Program-made: the position numbers and the translations under genes | NCBI RefSeq assembly: GCF_001194135.2 | Contig: NC_068987.1 | Coordinates: 23,198,439-23,248,569 of the forward strand | Length of the DNA: 50,131 nucleotides | Direction: 5' to 3' | DNA from: Octopus bimaculoides | Lineage: Eukaryota | Shown here: one piece after another, positions 36,701 to 47,833 of the stretch | Numbering within the stretch: position 1 is the stretch's first letter | Layout: each line of letters starts with the position of its first letter | The notes under the pieces: generated by a model | What the model was told of the DNA's origin: nothing | The model's database searches: none | What the model saw: the letters and a program-made list of their open reading frames with translations, nothing else

Positions 36701-37190
36701 TTATTACTAAAAAGAAAACTGAAGTTAATTTTTCGTTAGGCGTGCTATCCAAAAAGCCCCACCGTGGGCTACAGGTTACCCATGACTGTTCATAGGTAAT
36801 TCTCAACACGTACACGTGAGTGTACATACGTTTTTTAACTCGAGGCTCTCCCTCACGCGAAGCTCACCATACATATGCGTAAGCCTAGGCAAGGATCTAT
36901 TATAGCAAAGGTGCGAAAAGAGGCCAATATTGACCTCTAGGCTCTATGTGGCTAACCAAAGGATCGATAAACACCTGAAACGATTACTTATTGTATCGGT
37001 CTCTTTTGCCGAACCACTAAGTTCGGTTGTCCAGCAATGATGGGGGTACAAACACAGACACACAAGCACACATACATACATACATACATACATACATACA
37101 TACATACATACGTATATATAATCTATATATATATATATGTATATAATATATATAACACACATACATACATATATATATACATAATTTTAA

Positions 37191-37495
37191 AAAGTTAGAG
37201 AAAACTTTTCAAATGGAAATAAAAAGTGAAACTATACAAAAACAAACATTTTTTTCCATCTTAGGCGCAGGGGAGGCTGTGTGGTAAACTGCTTGCTTAC
37301 CAACGACATGGTTCTGGGTTCAGTCTCACTGCGTGGAACTTTGGGTAGGAGTCTTCTACTACTGAACCCGAAACTATGTGGTTGATAAGCAAGCAACTTA
37401 CCACACAGCCACTCTTGCGTCTAAGATGGAAAAAAATGTTTGTTTTTGTATAGTTCCACTTTTTATTTCCATTTGAAAAGTTTTTTTCCTACTTT
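37191..37495. repeat. Fold-back inversion spanning a hAT-MITE/SINE-B junction (~134-bp arms, 36-nt spacer)
   Basis: aaaacttttcaaatggaaataaaaagtgaaactatacaaaaacaaacattttttttccatcttaggcgcagg...ggttcagt is mirrored by actgaacc...gcgtctaagatggaaaaaaatgtttgtttttgtatagttccactttttatttccatttgaaaagtttt. Confidence 0.85.
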
Positions 37496-37722
37496 GTTTT
37501 TAAATTGCAAAGTCTTTGATGAGAACTTCACTGTGATACTATGAACACTTCGAAATTATATTTTCGATCGTATAAACCATTTCAAATATTATTTTAGCAT
37601 GTTTAAAGGGATTTCTTTTGTGCCGTAAACCATTTACCATTTCAGTGGTGTGTGTCCCCCCCCCACCTTCCATTGATGCCCTAAGTACGAGCTTATTTTG
37701 CTTAACGGTTAATCTAGTGCTA
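37425..37722 (-). mobile_element. hAT-derived MITE, same family as 20049-20470, 3'-truncated by SINE B
   Basis: Reverse complement shares gaaatggtaaatggtttac.gcacaaaagaaatc, caaagactt.gcaatt and gtggaactatacaaaa with the 20049 copy. Confidence 0.65.
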
Positions 37723-38087
37723 GATGCAAGTTTCTCTCAAGAGAAATGCTACTGATGTGGCCCGATGTAGATTGGTATTAGATTTGTTAGCGGCATTGTT
37801 GTCAGAAAGAACGTAGCGAGACGGAATATAATTTTCCCTAAGGCCCTTTAAGAAATGCCAATCAACCTCAAAAGGAAGAAAAGAAAAGTTGGCCTCTGCG
37901 TGATTTCAACAGAGAGCGAAGAGATTTGGAAGAAATTCCTCAAAGTATTGTGCGTTCTAACAATTCTACTTATTTGCCGAACTGTTTTAGAAACCGATAA
38001 GAAATCAATGAGCGCAAGAGAATTCAATGTTAGGCACAAGAAGGTTAGTAGCTGTCAAAAATTAGGTTATGTATAGTAATCCATAGC

Positions 38088-38150
<63 letters not shown>

Positions 38151-38540
38151 TGTAGGTTCTGTAATGCAAACAAGAAAACAGAACTCAAAACATGAATATA
38201 TATATATATATATACACACACACACNNNNNNNNNNNNNNNNNNNNNNNNNNNNNNNNNNNNNNNNNNNNNNNNNNNNNNNNNNNNNNNNNNNNNNNNNNN
38301 NNNNNNNNNNNNNNNNNNNNNNNNNNNNNNNNNNNNNNNNNNNNNNNNNNNNTTTTTCTTTTTATTCTCTCTCCATTTTTCCTCTCTCAATCCTTTCTTT
38401 CGAAAAGTGTAGACTCAAGACGTCAAAGACTTTTCCATTCTTCCCGACAGTCAAGCTGATTGTTGTTCCCTAACCTGTCTTCGTCTTTTGTTTTCTGTAA
38501 ATTTGAACTATATATATATATGTTATATAATGCATATGTT

Positions 38541-38750
38541 TGTGTCTCTGTATTTGTCCCTCCAGCATCGCTTGACAACCGATGCTGGTGTGTTTACGTC
38601 CCCGTAACTTAGCGGTTCGGCAAAAGAGACCGATAGAATAAGTACTAGGCTTCCAAAGAATAAATCCTGGGGTCGATTTGCTCGACTAAAGGCGGTGCTC
38701 CAGCATGGCCACAGTCAAATGACTGAAACAAGTAAAAGAGTAAAAGAGTA
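38541..38750 (+). mobile_element. SINE family B tail module
   Basis: High-identity match to the B tail ending (gtaaaaga)2. Further B modules at 39660-39875 (-), 39887-40010 (+ head), 40195-40330 (+) and 44870-45075 (+). Confidence 0.85.
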
Positions 38751-38869
38751 ATATCGAATTAAATTTCGCAAAAGATCTGAGCGTTAAATACCAATTAAAT
38801 AGAGCAAAGTAATATTTACTGATGAAACATTAATTTGTAGTTAACTGTAGTTATCAACCTCAAGTAAGA

Positions 38870-39508
38870 ATACCAAATGGTGAGCGCCTGAATGAAAGGT
38901 GTACATCAAAATTGTTCGTTCTGCACCTACGGTTATAATTTGGGGGTCTATTTCAGCCCAGGGCGGACGTGGGTTACATTTTGTGCCCAGAGTAACAACA
39001 TTGAAAGCAAAATATTATCAAGAAATTTTAAAGGAAAAAGTGCCAAGATTTATGGTAACCAGAAATTGTTCAATCATGCAACAAAATGGTGCTTCAATTC
39101 ACCCAGCAATAATGGTTAAAGAATGGTTTTGAAAAGCAACAGTCATAGTTGTTACAGGGTTGGCCAGGAAACTCTCCCAATTTAAAATTTTAATTGCGCT
39201 GAACATTGTTGGAATCTACTTAAGAAAAAGCTGCAACAAAGGTAGCCATCAAATTGCCAAGAAATGATGGATGAGTTAAAGAAAATAGGGGTGACTGAAA
39301 TAACACCAGGATATTGCCAGAAGCTTGTGCAATCCATGCCCATGAGAAAAAAAGCATGTCGGAAAGTGAATGGCTCATATACTAAATATTAATTTATTTA
39401 TTATTTATTGCTAATTTTTTTACTTGAGATATTCATTTTAATACAATAAAATGTTATTTCATGGATTAAAAAAACTTCTTGCAGTTGCTAAACTCTCTGG
39501 CGAGACTA
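38870..39508 (+). mobile_element. Tc1-family transposon 3' remnant
   Basis: Translations PTVIIWGSISAQGGRGLHFVP...YYQEILKEKV...MQQNGASIH..MVKEWF, WPGNSPNL-like, EHCWNLLKKKL and YCQKLVQSMP...KVNGSYTKY* match the Tc1 catalytic and C-terminal region. Probable TIR end ...ctctctggcgagacta followed by TA. Confidence 0.8.
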
Positions 39509-39561
39509 TATATAGTACACATATGCATGTATGCTTGTGTGTGTGTGTGTACATATATATA

Positions 39562-39619
<58 letters not shown>

Positions 39620-40729
39620 TACACACACACACGTACGGACATACATATCATTTTACACTTTTACACTTGTACTTGTCTCAGTGATTTTGACTGTAGCCAT
39701 GCTGGAGCACCGCCTTTTAGTCGAAGAAATCGACCTCTGGACTTATTTATTGTAAGCCTGGTACTTATTCTATCGGTTTTCTTTTGCCGAACCGCTAGTT
39801 TACAGGGCCGTAAACACACCAACATCGGTCGTCAGGCGATGGTGGGGGTGACAAACACAGACACAAACACACAAATATATACATATAGGCGCAGAAATGG
39901 CTGTGTGGTTATAGGCACTGGAGTGGCTGTGTGGTATGTAGCTTGCTTACCAACCACATGGTTCTGGGTTCAGTCCCACTGAATGGCATCTTGGGCAAGT
40001 GTCTTCTACGCGAACAATCCCCATTTCAAGTTTTGATTGGATATTTCAAACCATTTTGTTGTTTAAATGTTTATTATTCATTTATACTTAACAAATGGGA
40101 ATTTCCTCCAGAGCTATAAATATGTGTGTGTATGTGTGTGCATGTGTGTGCATGTGTGTGTGTGTGTGCGCGCGCGCGCGCGTGTCCGTAATATAGCGGT
40201 TCGGCAAAAGAGAATAAGTACCAGACTTTAAAAAAGAAAGTAAAAGTACTGGGATCGATTCATTCGACTAGAAATTCTTCAAGGCGGTGCCCCAGCATGG
40301 CCGTAGTCTAATGACTGAAACAAGTAAAAAATAGATGATGAAAGATATATATGTGTACGTGTGTGTGTGTGTGTGTGTCTGTCTGTGTGTGTGTCTGTGC
40401 GCGCGCGTGTGTGAAATTGTGAATAGATACATTTAATTAATCAGATGCCAGCATTGTCTGATTTCTCATTTTCACTTTTGTACTTTTTCATTATTACAAA
40501 GTACTTTATGAAATGCATGAACTGTTTGATAATGCAACGACAGACATTTGTCTGAAGATTTGTTTTAAAACATGATAGCACTTGTAAGGATGTCAATTGT
40601 AAATATACAAAAGCAAACATTAAAAATCAGACTATGTTAGAATTTAATTAACTAACACGCACACGCACACACACACATACATACATACATACATACATAC
40701 ATACATACATACATACATGCATGCATTTA

Positions 40730-41113
40730 GTTGGCACTCCGTCGGTTACGACGACGAGGGTTCCAGTTGATCCGATCAACGGAACAGCCTGCTCGTGAAA
40801 TTAACGTGCAAGTGGCTGAGCACTCCACAGACACGTGTACCCTTAACGTAGTTCTCGGGGATATTCAGCGTGACACAGAGTGTGACAAGGCTGACCCTTT
40901 GAATTACAGGCACAACAGAAACAGGAAGTAAGAGTGAGAGAAAGTTGTGGTGAAAGAGTACAGCAGGGTTCGCCAACATCCCCTGTCGGAGCTTTGTGGA
41001 GCTTTAGGTGTTTTCGCTCAATAAACACTCACAGCGCCCGGTCTGGGAATCGAAACCACGATCTTACGACCGCGAGTCCGCTGCCCTAACCACTGGGCCA
41101 TTGTGCCTCCACA
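40730..41113 (-). mobile_element. SINE family A, full length, inserted in an (ACAT)n tract
   Basis: Reverse complement of 17314-17701 at high identity; the same microsatellite lies on both flanks. Confidence 0.92.
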
Positions 41114-41116
41114 CAC

Positions 41117-41149
<33 letters not shown>

Positions 41150-41159
41150 CATACATACG

Positions 41160-41300
41160 GCTAGAATGAAACAGGTGAGATAAAATATTTTGTGTTACAT
41201 CTTTTATTGTCGCCGTTTTTCTCTATATCGATGTAAAACCAACCTTTTGTGCAGTCCTATGTGTCTTGGGCCCTTGTGGCAAATAAAGGAAATCATTATC
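41160..41300 (+). mobile_element. Short 3' end of an L1/Tx1-like LINE
   Basis: Ends gtcctatgtgtcttgggcccttgtggcaaataaagg + (att/gtt) repeats, similar to the 3' end at 42226-42284. Confidence 0.5.
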
Positions 41301-41315
41301 GTTGTTGTTTTCGTT

Positions 41316-42284
41316 GTCAGACGCTCACTGCTCTCTACCAGTCGGGCAACACGCTTAGTGGAAGTTCTGCGGTAGTAATATGTAGAAATCTAGTGGTAGC
41401 TAAGAGCGATGATGTTCTCGGGGAAACTTTAGGTGTCGACGTGGATGAAGTTGCTGGTCTGTTTCGGAGGACTTTCAGGTCCGGTACCACCATAGATAGC
41501 TTCCAGAAATCCCTGGGCTGGCAGTGCAACCGAGGAGCATTGCCAGTTCAAGATAAACTCTACAGGAACAGAAGCACTGTCAAGCGGGGCTGTCCGAGAT
41601 GCGCGCAGAGCGGCGAAACTGATTTGCATGCACTCGTGCCGCATCCGAGCATTGATAACTTGTGGAGTTATGTCGAGCAGCTGTTATCACATGTGGACTA
41701 GAAACCGACTATCAGTCAAATCCATCGTGAGTATAGCCCCATCATCCACCTTTAATAAGGGATGGCAGGCGGCGTTCCTCTTTCTAGTGGCTATGGTGTA
41801 AGAGGTTGTGTGGTGAACAAAGCTGAAAGGTTTGAAGAAAGAAACCTTCCTCTTTGGCCAAGCTCTCGTCGACCTTTTTCTAAGTCCCACTCGAAAAGAA
41901 GGTGAGGGTGGACAGGAAAGTGCAACATACTTCCCAATGGATCTGCGAAAAGATGAGTGATTGCGGCAAAAATAGTTAGAACAAATAGCCCTGCTCTAAA
42001 TATACGCCTGTAGATTGGAGAGCTCAAGAAAGGGTTAGTACCTTTGACGGTCAGGGTAATCCTAGATCTGTTGCGCTCCTTGAATGGCATAAGTTAGAGT
42101 TTCTTCTGTATCAGGAGGACTGTGTAAATGTTATCACATACTTTGTATACTATGTATACTTTTATCGCATTTCACTGTCTTTTCCATTTCGTTCTTCCCA
42201 TTCTTCATGTAAATCTCCACAAAATTCGTTGTCTGTCATTGTGATGCCCCACTCATCTATGCCTCTGTGGTTAATAAAATTAAT
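41316..42284 (+). mobile_element. 5'-truncated L1/Tx1-clade LINE (ORF2 C-terminal zinc-knuckle region + 3' UTR)
   Basis: SLGWQCNRGALPVQDKLYR...CPRCAQSGETDLHALVPHP..LWSYVEQLL resembles the C-terminal CCHC (zf-RVT) region of L1/Tx1 ORF2. Continues through stops and frameshifts (RLSVKSIVSIAP...FLFLVAMV*EVVW*TKLKGLK). Ends AATAAA then (ATT)n. Confidence 0.7.
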
Positions 42285-42305
42285 TATCATTATTATATAC
42301 TATTA

Positions 42306-42360
<55 letters not shown>

Positions 42361-42749
42361 CATTATTATTATTATTATTCAGTAGTCTTATTTTTATCAC
42401 CGCTTTCACTGCACTACCGAGCGTAGCTCTGTGTGCCTTAGGTATGTGTTGTGGTTTGTTGTGATGCTCTTAATTTTACTGTATTGAGAGTGTTTTACGT
42501 AGGATGTGTGCGGTGTCTAGTAGTGCAATTTTCTGTATGTTACATACACCTGTTAGTCTTGGTGTTTTAGATATGTATTTGCCTGAATATGTTTTTTATC
42601 ATACGTAATGCACCCACTATGATAGGAATTGTTTCTGCTTTTAAACTCTACATTCGAATTACCTCTATTTCCAAGTCTTGGTATTTTGAAAGTTTCTCCA
42701 TTTCTTTTAGAGAAACATTGTCATCTGTTGGAAATGATGCATCAATTAG
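42285..42749 (-). mobile_element. 3' end of an RLE-type non-LTR retrotransposon (R4/Dong-like) with (AAT)n tail
   Basis: Minus-strand translation LIDASFPTDDNVSLKEMEKLSKYQDLEIEVIRM*SLKAETIPIIVGAL...NIQKIALLDTAHILRKTLSIQ* (stop 42476-42478) matches the PD..D/E-K restriction-like endonuclease C-terminus. ~95-nt 3' UTR, then (AAT)n at 42285-42379. Confidence 0.85.
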
Positions 42750-43320
42750 AAAATTATTATTATGATTTATCATTATTATTCTAAAATAAACTTTTCCTCT
42801 TTAATACACAATCTTTCTGTCTAATGTACCGCAAGTAATTCCTAAAGCCACGAAAATGCCGAAAATAGCATCTATTTAATAGAAACACATAAACCGATTG
42901 ATCTTACTTCCCCAAGGCTAATTTAAATAAGAAGTTTTCTATCAAAATGAAGCACTCAGGTGTGATATTTAAATCAATATTAAGGAACCTAACCTTTCCA
43001 TGGATAGTTTCATCGACGATGACGGCTACAGTGGCTTAAGTCATATCTTTTACTGAAGAGGATTAATAAAACTGAAACATACTTGTTACTTTCACCACTT
43101 CACTTTAAAGACCAGACTCACTTCAATCAGCATTCAGATAGTTCACAAATTTACATCATTTGATCTTATTAAAGTTATCTACGTTGCTTGTTTTAGAATT
43201 TTTTTCAACATCTCATGTGGCATTTTATATCCGCTAATTGCTTCGATAATCCTTAATTGATACATATAACTATGAGATAGGAGAGTATTGTAGTTCGCTT
43301 GAAGCATTGTGTATTGTTTG

Positions 43321-43609
43321 TAAAGAATAAAATGTTTATATTGGTACAACAATGCACTATAGAACAAAAAATGGACTATGTACCTGTTGTAATTTGGTTA
43401 TCTATAGTCCGATGATATTTCGGAATTACAATTCCTTTTTCAGATCTTCTTAGCTGGAGTCACTGCTATAAACAGCTAAGAAGATCTGAAGAAGGAATTG
43501 TAATTCCGAAATATCATCGGACTATAGATAACCAAATTACAACAGGTGTATAGTCCATTTTTTGTTCTATAGTGCATTGTTGTACCATTCTAAACTTTTT
43601 ATTCTTTAT
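43321..43609. repeat. Long fold-back palindrome (~136-bp arms at high identity, 16-nt loop), probable Penelope-like LTR inversion
   Basis: 43321-43456 is the reverse complement of 43473-43609 with about ten differences; loop gagtcactgctataaa. Confidence 0.9.
43483..43518 (+). ncRNA. Candidate minimal type I hammerhead ribozyme (PLE-type, dimer-dependent)
   Basis: GAU-CUGAAGA-A-GGAAU[UGUA]AUUCC-GAAA-UA-UC-AUC: intact CUGANGA and GAAA core boxes, 5-bp stem II, palindromic AUAU stem III, AUC cleavage triplet. Stem I is only 3 contiguous bp. Confidence 0.4.
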
Positions 43610-43640
43610 ATAACTATATTAGCTATATTGGTACTTCTTA

Positions 43641-43693
43641 TTTCTTTACTGCCCACAAGGGGCTAAACATAGAGGGGACAAACAAAGGATTAA
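43641..43693 (-). mobile_element. SINE family C linker fragment at gap edge
   Basis: Reverse complement ttaatcctttgtttgtcccctctatgtttagccccttgtgggcagtaaaga matches 28755-28816. Confidence 0.75.
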
Positions 43694-44786
43694 NNNNNNN
43701 NNNNNNNNNNNNNNNNNNNNNNNNNNNNNNNNNNNNNNNNNNNNNNNNNNNNNNNNNNNNNNNNNNNNNNNNNNNNNNNNNNNNNNNNNNNNNNNNNNNN
43801 NNNNNNNNNNNNNNNNNNNNNNNNNNNNNNNNNNNNNNNNNNNNNNNNNNNNNNNNNNNNNNNNNNNNNNNNNNNNNNNNNNNNNNNNNNNNNNNNNNNN
43901 NNNNNNNNNNNNNNNNNNNNNNNNNNNNNNNNNNNNNNNNNNNNNNNNNNNNNNNNNNNNNNNNNNNNNNNNNNNNNNNNNNNNNNNNNNNNNNNNNNNN
44001 NNNNNNNNNNNNNNNNNNNNNNNNNNNNNNNNNNNNNNNNNNNNNNNNNNNNNNNNNNNNNNNNNNNNNNNNNNNNNNNNNNNNNNNNNNNNNNNNNNNN
44101 NNNNNNNNNNNNNNNNNNNNNNNNNNNNNNNNNNNNNNNNNNNNNNNNNNNNNNNNNNNNNNNNNNNNNNNNNNNNNNNNNNNNNNNNNNNNNNNNNNNN
44201 NNNNNNNNNNNNNNNNNNNNNNNNNNNNNNNNNNNNNNNNNNNNNNNNNNNNNNNNNNNNNNNNNNNNNNNNNNNNNNNNNNNNNNNNNNNNNNNNNNNN
44301 NNNNNNNNNNNNNNNNNNNNNNNNNNNNNNNNNNNNNNNNNNNNNNNNNNNNNNNNNNNNNNNNNNNNNNNNNNNNNNNNNNNNNNNNNNNNNNNNNNNN
44401 NNNNNNNNNNNNNNNNNNNNNNNNNNNNNNNNNNNNNNNNNNNNNNTTTTTATGCCAAAATGTATCTAGGGACCAGACCTCTTCAAAAATGTTAGCAGTT
44501 TTCAATTTGGTTAAGAACTGAATTAGCGACAAGCTCTGAAAGATGCTGCATGTGAGTAAATTGTGGCCTTAAGATTATTATTCAACTACTACCGTAGTTG
44601 AATGATATATATATGGTGGCAGCTGATGAAGGAGATGTTTCTATGTGGCTTGCTTGTTTGTTGTACCTTGTTTATCATTTTGTCCATGTTCTTTTGCCAC
44701 GTCATGTACCCAGTTTTGTATCTATATGTACATGTGGATGAAGGTATGTACATACATGTATATATATATGCATATACTCATATATT

Positions 44787-44838
<52 letters not shown>

Positions 44839-45732
44839 GTATGTATATGTATGTATGTGTGTGTGTGTTTGTTTGTCCCTACCGCTGTTTGACAACTGGT
44901 GTTGGGGTGTTTACGTCCCTGTTACTTAGCTGTTCGATAAAAGAGAGCGATACAATAGGTACCTGGCTTAAAAAGAAAATAAACACTGAGGCCGATTCGC
45001 TCGACTAAAAGTGCTTCAAAACGCTGCCCAAAAATGGCCGCAGTCTAATGACTGAAACAAGATACAAGATACAAGATGTTTTGTCACTATTTTAATGTTC
45101 AACGATCATCCAGACGATTTGTAGTTTCTTCCTGTTGTTATAGTTATTGTTTAGTTCCCGTTGAGTTCTGATCAATCAAAGGCGATCCAGCTATGGCTTT
45201 CCTGTTTAATTTTCAAGCATGGAACATTCAGATTTCTAAGTTGGTTGGGTGTAGTCTCAAAGAGGTCTAGCTGTGATTTTTAACAGATCTAACGACAGGA
45301 TTTCTCGCTGCCTTTCTCTCTCTCACTCACTCTTTCACTCTCTATTTCTGTCTTTCTCTCTTTCTAAACCTCTCTCTCTTTCTCCGTCTCTCCTTTTCCC
45401 CCNNNNNNNNNNNNNNNNNNNNNNNNNNNNNNNNNNNNNNNNNNNNNNNNNNNNNNNNNNNNNNNNNNNNNNNNNNNNNNNNNNNNNNNNNNNNNNNNNN
45501 NNNNNNNNNNNNNNNNNNNNNNNNNNNNNNNNNNNNNNNNNNNNNNNNNNNNNNNNNNNNNNNNNNNNNNNNNNNNNNNNNNNNNNNNNNNNNNNNNNNN
45601 NNNNNNNNNNNNNNNNNNNNNNNNNNNNNNNNNNNNNNNNNNNNNNNNNNNNNNNNNNNNNNNNNNNNNNNNNNNNNNNNNNNNNNNNNNNNNNNNNNNN
45701 NNNNNNNNNNNNNNNNNNNNNNNNNNNNNNNN

Positions 45733-45774
<42 letters not shown>

Positions 45775-45844
45775 TTTGCTCTCTTTGGTCCTCACTCACT
45801 CTCTTTCTTCCACATCCTTTTCTCTTCTTCTCTACCTCATTTTC

Positions 45845-45891
<47 letters not shown>

Positions 45892-46642
45892 ATCACTTTT
45901 TCTCTCCCACTTCCTCTTTCCCCCTCACCCGCTTCCACTTTCCCTACATCCCTCCCACTCTCTCCTCTCTTCCTCCTTCACTCTCCACCTCACCCCTCTC
46001 TCTCTCTATCTCTTAATCACATTCATTCATTCATCCATTCATTCATTCATTCATTCGATCGATTTAACAAAGACGAATTTGTTACAACCGGGAAAAATCG
46101 AAACGCGATCCTAGAAGAACTGTCTTAGAAAAACAAAACTAAAAACCAAAGACAAAAGCAAAAAGGCCAGATGTTCGTGGTTGGAATGTCTTTTTCATTT
46201 TGGGTTGGCTTTCAACATAACTGACCTTGAGTTAAACAACAGGAACAACAACAAAAGCAACAATAGAAATAATTGTGGGCAACCTTGAGTGAATAGGCAC
46301 AGATCTGATCGCAGAGACGCTAGCACAATAGACGAGTCACATAATCTATTGTGCGCGTGTGTGTGTGGTATTATAGAAGTGTTATAGAAACATTAGCATA
46401 TTTACTTTATACACACGCGAACAGACACGCACACACATACAGACGCGCACACATCTACGTACACACACACACACACATACAAACACACACACATATATAA
46501 TGATGAGTCGGAGAGACGAACACCCACGTCCCAATATTAACATTAAGATGTTCGACTGTCTTTGAAACACAAACAATGTTTAGACATACATATATATATA
46601 TATGCGTGTGAGATTGTGTATGTGTGTATGTGCGTGTGTGTT

Positions 46643-46674
<32 letters not shown>

Positions 46675-46790
46675 CTTGTATGTGTGAGTGAGTGTATGCA
46701 TATGTATATAGATACATACACACATGCATATTTATGTATTTATATTTACATATATATATGTGTGTATAGTTTATGTATATGCATATATTT

Positions 46791-46833
<43 letters not shown>

Positions 46834-46922
46834 GTATGCATAATATACAATGACTGGGTGAACAGCTGTATGTGTGTATATGTACATACCTGCATACGCA
46901 TGTGTGTATGTATACAATAGAA

Positions 46923-46964
<42 letters not shown>

Positions 46965-47183
46965 NNNNNNNNNNNNNNNNNNNNNNNNNNNNNNNNNNNN
47001 NNNNNNNNNNNNNNNNNNNNNNNNNNNNNNNNNNNNNNNNNNNNNNNNNNNNNNNNNNNNNNNNNNNNNNNNNNNNNNNNNNNNNNNNNNNNNNNNNNNN
47101 NNNNNNNNNNNNNNNNNNNNNNNNNNNNNNNNNNNNNNNNNNNNNNNNNNNNNNNNNNNNNNNNNNNNNNNNNNNNNNNNNNN

Positions 47184-47234
<51 letters not shown>

Positions 47235-47492
47235 TATATATGTATGTATATTTACATATGCGTATGCATATATAGTATGTGTATATATACATACATACAT
47301 ACATAATATATCTAATATATACAGTTAGTATTATGTAATTGTGTAATTGTGTGTATGTGTGCGTGTGTGTGTTTGCGTGTGCATGTAAATATGTATGTAT
47401 GTCCTATTTGTGTGAGTTCGCCTCTGCATCTGCGTTTATGGTGTGTAAGAGTTCGTATGTATGCATTTGTATGTGTGAACGCGTGCGCGAGT

Positions 47493-47535
<43 letters not shown>

Positions 47536-47833
47536 TTTGTTTTAGTTGTATTTATTCTTTCTTTTTTTTTGGGTTCTTTTTAGTTAGAACATTTGTTGAC
47601 GTAGGTGTTCCTTTTCCGAGTGTTTCAGTGATAATAGTAAGATGATTTGCCGAAAGACTACGTGTGTAGGTGTAATGATGCTTTAAACTTTTACTCCCAC
47701 ACAGCTGTCATTACGCCGTTATTTAAGACTCGAAATGAAATCCTACTATATGCTTCCAACTTAAAAAATTGAATGAAAAAAAGAATCCAGAGTACATTAT
47801 TGCAGGGATAAAATAACTGTAATAATGCGGTTT

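Noticed and set aside
41249-41701. 150-aa GC-rich ORF as a possible host gene
   Set aside because: Matches the L1/Tx1 ORF2 C-terminal zinc-knuckle region, continues through stops and frameshifts, and ends in a LINE-type tail.
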